64,000 nucleotides of DNA, from NCBI RefSeq assembly GCF_009914755.1, contig NC_060925.1; one strand, 5' to 3'. Source of the stretch: the human T2T-CHM13v2.0 reference genome, Homo sapiens. The translations under genes were made by a program, and so were the position numbers. Under the pieces are notes generated by a model. The model made no database searches. It worked only from the letters and a program-made list of their open reading frames with translations, and was not told the DNA's origin. Below are positions 58,675-64,000 of this stretch, one piece after another (the first letter of the stretch is position 1; every line of letters starts with the position of its first letter).

Positions 58675-59130
58675 AACACCTTTTAGTTGCAGGTGACAGA
58701 AAGTATCTCTGGTAGCCCAGGCAACAAAGGAAAGGCAAGGTCAAGGAGGTGGTGTTCACCTCAGGAGTGGCTAAATTCAGGTTTCAAAGGACATCATCAT
58801 CATGCTGTCTCTGTTTCCCATACTCCCTCCCATCTCTCTCCTTCCTTCATGCCTTTCCTCTATGTTTGCTTACTCTAGATTTCCCATGTGGTGGCAAATA
58901 GGGTGATCAGCACCTAGTAATTCCAAATATAAGAGAATCACTGTCTCATTCCAACATCCACATCAAATCTCCAAATCAACCCTCCTGCCTGGGTCTTCTT
59001 CATGTTCATTGTTGTGGTAGAGGAGCGAGGACCATCTGATTGATGCCTGTCCCAAACTACATACTGTGGGTGACAGGCTATTTCCAAAAAGACAGCTGAA
59101 AGAAAGACAAATAATAGATACCCACTGCAT
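58675..59130 (-). mobile_element. Old MaLR LTR (MLT1K-like)
   Basis: ttttagttgcaggtgacagaaa...catgtggtggcaaa. Confidence 0.5.
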
Positions 59131-59879
59131 GGCTTTAACCAACAAAGATGAAAGAAGAAAGAAGTATCATCAGCACAAATATGAATATAGCATCGGGATG
59201 ATTGGGCATTACATTATTTATAATAAAACCAGCATGGCATAAGTCCTGAAAATGGGGCTACAGGACATGATTACCTCCCATGGGACATGAAAGCAGAGAC
59301 CTAGATAGTAGAAATGAGGAAACGTAGCTGCTGTGTTCAGGAATCTCAGGAGTGAAGGAGATTTCAGAAAGAGAAAGGCCCTTCAGAGTACATGAGAAAT
59401 AAACACAGGCCCGGTGCTGGAAAACCAAACTGGATGAATAAAGATGATAATCTAAAGAGGACCAAATGCCACTTATCGGCGTATGGGGCCGAGAGCATTT
59501 AAGAGGCACCCCAGACTCCCCAGTAGACCAATAGTAATAGTAGTTATTAACCTCAGAGACAGGGTGTTGACCTGATTAAAGGCACATCTGTCCTTGTGAA
59601 TATACATAGTCACAGGTGCAATGGAGAGATAACAAGGCAAACACCTTTAGAACTGCAGTAAACTGGTATCTGGATGGGGGGAGAGCAGCAGACAGATCTT
59701 CTGTACATGCATCTTGGAAGAAATCCTGAATGTAATTGTGGGCTACAAACAGTGTGTAACACTTCCCAAACCCAGACATCACTCAGTGAGGGAGAATGAG
59801 AGTTAAGTGTAAGTTGACACCTAATAAAACCCAAATATTTAAAAAAAGTAAAAGAGAATAGTCTTGTCAATTTCCTATA

Positions 59880-60330
59880 ATTGAAAATCAGTGCAATGTC
59901 AGATATTTCAGCTATGGGAAAATAATATTAGATTATACAGAATATTTTGTGTTATTCCTCTCTGTAATTGAGTTTTATATTAGAATATTTAGACTATTTC
60001 AAATTTTGTATTATTTCAAAGAGTACTAAGGTGAACATGTGTACATGTATTTATATGTGCATATGTGAGTGTATTTATGTCTAACATTATAGGTATTATG
60101 TGTATACATAGAGTCAGACAGCTCCTGAGATCATGGATTTTGGCATTTTTGACAAACTGCAAAATTGTCTTTCAAATGACCAATTTATACTGCAACCCCA
60201 AGACCATGAAAATTGATTATTTTTGTCATACTACTGTGAATGCTGAATGTATCAAATCGTTTGCATCTTTGCCATTGTTTCAGGTGATAAAGAGTATCTC
60301 ATTAATTTTAACATGCACATCAATTCCACC
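59880..60330 (-). mobile_element. L1ME fragment
   Basis: tttgacaaactgcaaaattgtctttcaaa...accaatttatactgc...gtatctcatt. Confidence 0.55.
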
Positions 60331-60577
60331 TTAAGGAGGCGTGTGATGATTTTTAACCAGCTAGGAGGTGCTAGTTGTATAGGACACCTGGAAGGAGCTG
60401 GTGGAGAGGCAGCACAGCCTCACAGTTACACATGGAGGCTGTGGGTTCAGATTGTCTGGATGGAACTCTTTAGGTCCTCCCACACATCACCTTGTTAGCT
60501 AAATTCCCTGCACAGATTATTTAAATGTGTCTTCCTTTCTGTAAAGTGAGGTTATTTAAGGATTAAATGAGATAATA

Positions 60578-60870
60578 CACTGGGCATGGTAGCTCATGCC
60601 TATAATCCCAGCACTTTTGGAGGCCAAGATGAGCAGATAACTAGATGCCGGGGTTTTGAGACTAGCCTGGTCAACATGGTGAAACCCCATCTCTACTAAA
60701 AATACAAAAATTAGCCAGGCAAGGTGACACATGTCTGTAATCACAGCTACTCAGGAGGCTGAAGCATGAGAATCACTTGAACCTGGGAGGCAGAGGCTGC
60801 AGTGAGCCAAGATCACACCCCTGCACTCCAGTCTGGGCAAGACTCTGTCTCAAAAAATATAATATAATAA
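60578..60870 (+). mobile_element. Old Alu (Jb/Sz type) inserted in a + strand MIR (about 60420-60950)
   Basis: Diverged dimer; TSD AAAT(G/A)AGATAAT; MIR 3' half resumes after the tail. Confidence 0.88.
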
Positions 60871-61019
60871 ATAAGATAATGCATATGATGCATTTGCACA
60901 ACACGTACCACACAGTAAATGTCCAATAAATAATTTCTACTAACATTTATTATTGCACTAAATTTAGCTCTGAGCATCCTGGCAGCCAAAGCAAAGAGAG
61001 CTCATTGTTCAATAAAAAG

Positions 61020-61310
61020 AATAAGATAATAATCACAGATACTCATATAGCATTTACTGTATCAGCTCCTGTTCTAAGTACTTTATATATGTTAAAACAT
61101 TTTGATGAGAAACGAAGCTTCTTTGGCCACTTATTGAATTCTGGAAAGAATTGATCAACAATTGATTCTGTTATACAGAAAATTATCATTCCCATTTTTC
61201 AATGAGAAAACTTGGACTCAAAGAAGTTAAATATCTAAGTTCTCACCTCCAGTAAGTAGTCAAACAGATTTGAACCTAGGCCTTTTGACCCCATAGTCTT
61301 CCTGCTATGC
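61020..61310 (-). mobile_element. MIR
   Basis: attcccatttttcaatgagaaaacttggactcaaagaagttaa...gatttgaacctagg. Confidence 0.7.
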
Positions 61311-62550
61311 CAGAAAGCCTTTCCAGAAGTCTCTGTGTGAATCTGACTACTGCTTTGAGAGACACTCTGAGAAAACTCTGGCATTCAATACCTTAAGGCT
61401 TGATTCAGGACTCTTGCAATGCACTTGCATATGTATGTTTATCTGTAAGAGTTTATTGTTGAAGATTTTTTTTAACCAAGAGCATAAATGTAGTAGCAGG
61501 GTACACAATAGATTTTTGCTGGGATGATCAAACTTTGAACTCATAGAATGACACTGATTGAGGAATGATTTGCTTATCTAGTGTACGGTGGCTGGCGGTG
61601 TGTGAATTCCTGAGCCAGTGGTGTCCCAGAAGTACAGCCCTGGAGGCTCTGAGAGAATGGTACAGGTCACAACCGAGGCCAACAGTGACACCAAGGAGGT
61701 CTAACTGTGGCACCTTAATTGTAATGCTTCTTAGTTGTTCATATACTCTGGCAACAAGTGTGTGAAAGCACTAGTTGCAGTTTTGCAGTTTTTATATGCA
61801 AATGTGTGTGGGTGTGTCCATTTGTTCACATATGTGTGACACGCTAAAATACATTTTCATGCTTGGATCTAAAATATCTAAATACTAGAAATATTTAAAG
61901 CTGGTTTGGTCCATTCAAAACGTTCTGCTAAAAGTTCATCTGCATGTTATCAAGTAGAAGATAGCTTTCCAGGAGATAGTCGTGTTACCAGTCCTTACAA
62001 GGAACGGATGTCTTACTTTTTTGATCCTGTCTCAAAGAGGTAATATAGTGTGAATTGATTTACATTGGTTTTATCCCTTCTCCAGGTTGGCATTGCTCAT
62101 TTTAGTAAGACTTAAATGGCTGGTATCACCTTAAAGTTGCGTATTTCTGAAGCCTCAGATGGGTAAATGCCCAGATAGATAAAATGCAAATCAAGTCAAG
62201 TTATCAATTTAGCATGAAGATAAAGCTGTTTGGATAATTGTAATAGAAATGTCTGATATTTTTCACCTTTACAAAATAAGAGAAGTAAGGGCGATTTTGT
62301 CTAGTAACAGAATTACATGGAATATATTTAGAAATGAGAAAAATGTGGGAAAAAAGCACAATGTTCAGTGCATGCCACCAATTATATAATACTATCTCAA
62401 ACAAATCGATGTCTGTCTGCCCTAGACTCCACTTATTTAAAATAAGAGAATGAACTTGATGTTTGGCTTCATAGAGATTCAGCACCCTGTAATAGGCCTT
62501 CCATGTCTTTTAACGTATGTAATGCAAAGAACAAATAAATAAAGGCAGAA

Positions 62551-62586
62551 ATTTTTCTAACTCTGTCTCTTCTCTCTTTCCCCCAG
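62551..62586 (+). other. CHRM3: 3' splice site of the CHRM3 coding exon
   Basis: Branch point CTAAC at 62557-62561 (A 26 nt upstream of the AG), tract ctctgtctcttctctctttcccc, CAG at 62584-62586. The exon begins 19 nt before the ATG. Confidence 0.95.
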
Positions 62587-62589
62587 ACT

Positions 62590-62622
62590 ATGTCAGAGAG
62601 TCACAATGACCTTGCACAATAA
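62590..62622 (+). other. Out-of-frame upstream ORF ([10 protein letters not shown]) overlapping the CHRM3 start codon
   Basis: ATG at 62590, 16 nt upstream of the main ATG, A at -3, TAA at 62620-62622. Confidence 0.8.
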
Positions 62623-64000
62623 CAGTACAACCTCGCCTTTGTTTCCAAACATCAGCTCCTCCTGGATACACAGCCCCTCCGATGCAGGGCTGCCCCCGGG
62701 AACCGTCACTCATTTCGGCAGCTACAATGTTTCTCGAGCAGCTGGCAATTTCTCCTCTCCAGACGGTACCACCGATGACCCTCTGGGAGGTCATACCGTC
62801 TGGCAAGTGGTCTTCATCGCTTTCTTAACGGGCATCCTGGCCTTGGTGACCATCATCGGCAACATCCTGGTAATTGTGTCATTTAAGGTCAACAAGCAGC
62901 TGAAGACGGTCAACAACTACTTCCTCTTAAGCCTGGCCTGTGCCGATCTGATTATCGGGGTCATTTCAATGAATCTGTTTACGACCTACATCATCATGAA
63001 TCGATGGGCCTTAGGGAACTTGGCCTGTGACCTCTGGCTTGCCATTGACTACGTAGCCAGCAATGCCTCTGTTATGAATCTTCTGGTCATCAGCTTTGAC
63101 AGATACTTTTCCATCACGAGGCCGCTCACGTACCGAGCCAAACGAACAACAAAGAGAGCCGGTGTGATGATCGGTCTGGCTTGGGTCATCTCCTTTGTCC
63201 TTTGGGCTCCTGCCATCTTGTTCTGGCAATACTTTGTTGGAAAGAGAACTGTGCCTCCGGGAGAGTGCTTCATTCAGTTCCTCAGTGAGCCCACCATTAC
63301 TTTTGGCACAGCCATCGCTGCTTTTTATATGCCTGTCACCATTATGACTATTTTATACTGGAGGATCTATAAGGAAACTGAAAAGCGTACCAAAGAGCTT
63401 GCTGGCCTGCAAGCCTCTGGGACAGAGGCAGAGACAGAAAACTTTGTCCACCCCACGGGCAGTTCTCGAAGCTGCAGCAGTTACGAACTTCAACAGCAAA
63501 GCATGAAACGCTCCAACAGGAGGAAGTATGGCCGCTGCCACTTCTGGTTCACAACCAAGAGCTGGAAACCCAGCTCCGAGCAGATGGACCAAGACCACAG
63601 CAGCAGTGACAGTTGGAACAACAATGATGCTGCTGCCTCCCTGGAGAACTCCGCCTCCTCCGACGAGGAGGACATTGGCTCCGAGACGAGAGCCATCTAC
63701 TCCATCGTGCTCAAGCTTCCGGGTCACAGCACCATCCTCAACTCCACCAAGTTACCCTCATCGGACAACCTGCAGGTGCCTGAGGAGGAGCTGGGGATGG
63801 TGGACTTGGAGAGGAAAGCCGACAAGCTGCAGGCCCAGAAGAGCGTGGACGATGGAGGCAGTTTTCCAAAAAGCTTCTCCAAGCTTCCCATCCAGCTAGA
63901 GTCAGCCGTGGACACAGCTAAGACTTCTGACGTCAACTCCTCAGTGGGTAAGAGCACGGCCACTCTACCTCTGTCCTTCAAGGAAGCCACTCTGGCCAAG
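62606..64000 (+). CDS. CHRM3: Muscarinic acetylcholine receptor M3, codons 1-465 (N-terminus, TM1-TM5 and most of ICL3); 3'-partial, continues beyond the window
   Basis: Uninterrupted 1395-nt frame, [20 protein letters not shown]...EATLAK. It has class A GPCR motifs: GN in TM1, LACAD in TM2, C141 and C221, amine-binding D148 (GAC 63047), DRY at 165-167 (63098), and N-terminal N-x-S/T sequons. ICL3 contains AETENFV and SASSDEED. It matches human M3 as I recall it; Y149 and A239 are wild type, so it is not the DREADD variant. Confidence 0.99.

Noticed and set aside
63047-63322. Engineered hM3Dq DREADD sequence
   Set aside because: Y149 (TAC) and A239 (GCT) are wild type and the context is native genomic DNA
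62588-63999. Minus-strand ORFs of 68-124 aa over the CHRM3 exon
   Set aside because: Antisense shadows of a GC-rich coding frame, with no independent support

Overview
Primate, almost certainly human, genomic DNA from the CHRM3 locus (muscarinic acetylcholine receptor M3) on the + strand. Bases 1-62586 are the 3' part of the long last intron, dense in Alu, MIR, L1, L2, MaLR/ERV1 solo LTRs and DNA-transposon fossils. The single coding exon opens at 62587 (branch point CTAAC, pyrimidine tract, CAG). The CDS starts at 62606 ([13 protein letters not shown]...) and runs off the window after codon 465, in intracellular loop 3. The supplied ORF track misses it because no stop codon lies in the window; its other ORFs are repeat-derived, antisense shadows or chance frames. 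An antisense lncRNA (probably CHRM3-AS1) and a strong CTCF motif lie at about 53-55 kb. I see no evidence for a new multi-gene system. The best leads are: (i) a candidate 61-nt GC-donor exon at 41687-41747 with a GCCATGG start that would splice in frame and add 25 aa to the receptor; (ii) an out-of-frame uORF overlapping the CHRM3 start codon; (iii) a 111-bp, 94%-identical inverted duplication of a MIR with templated repeats at its ends; (iv) a second fold-back around a microsatellite; (v) a recursive-splice-like site; and (vi) odd composite mobile elements. Repeat family names come from remembered consensus sequences, not from a search, and boundaries of old repeats are approximate.
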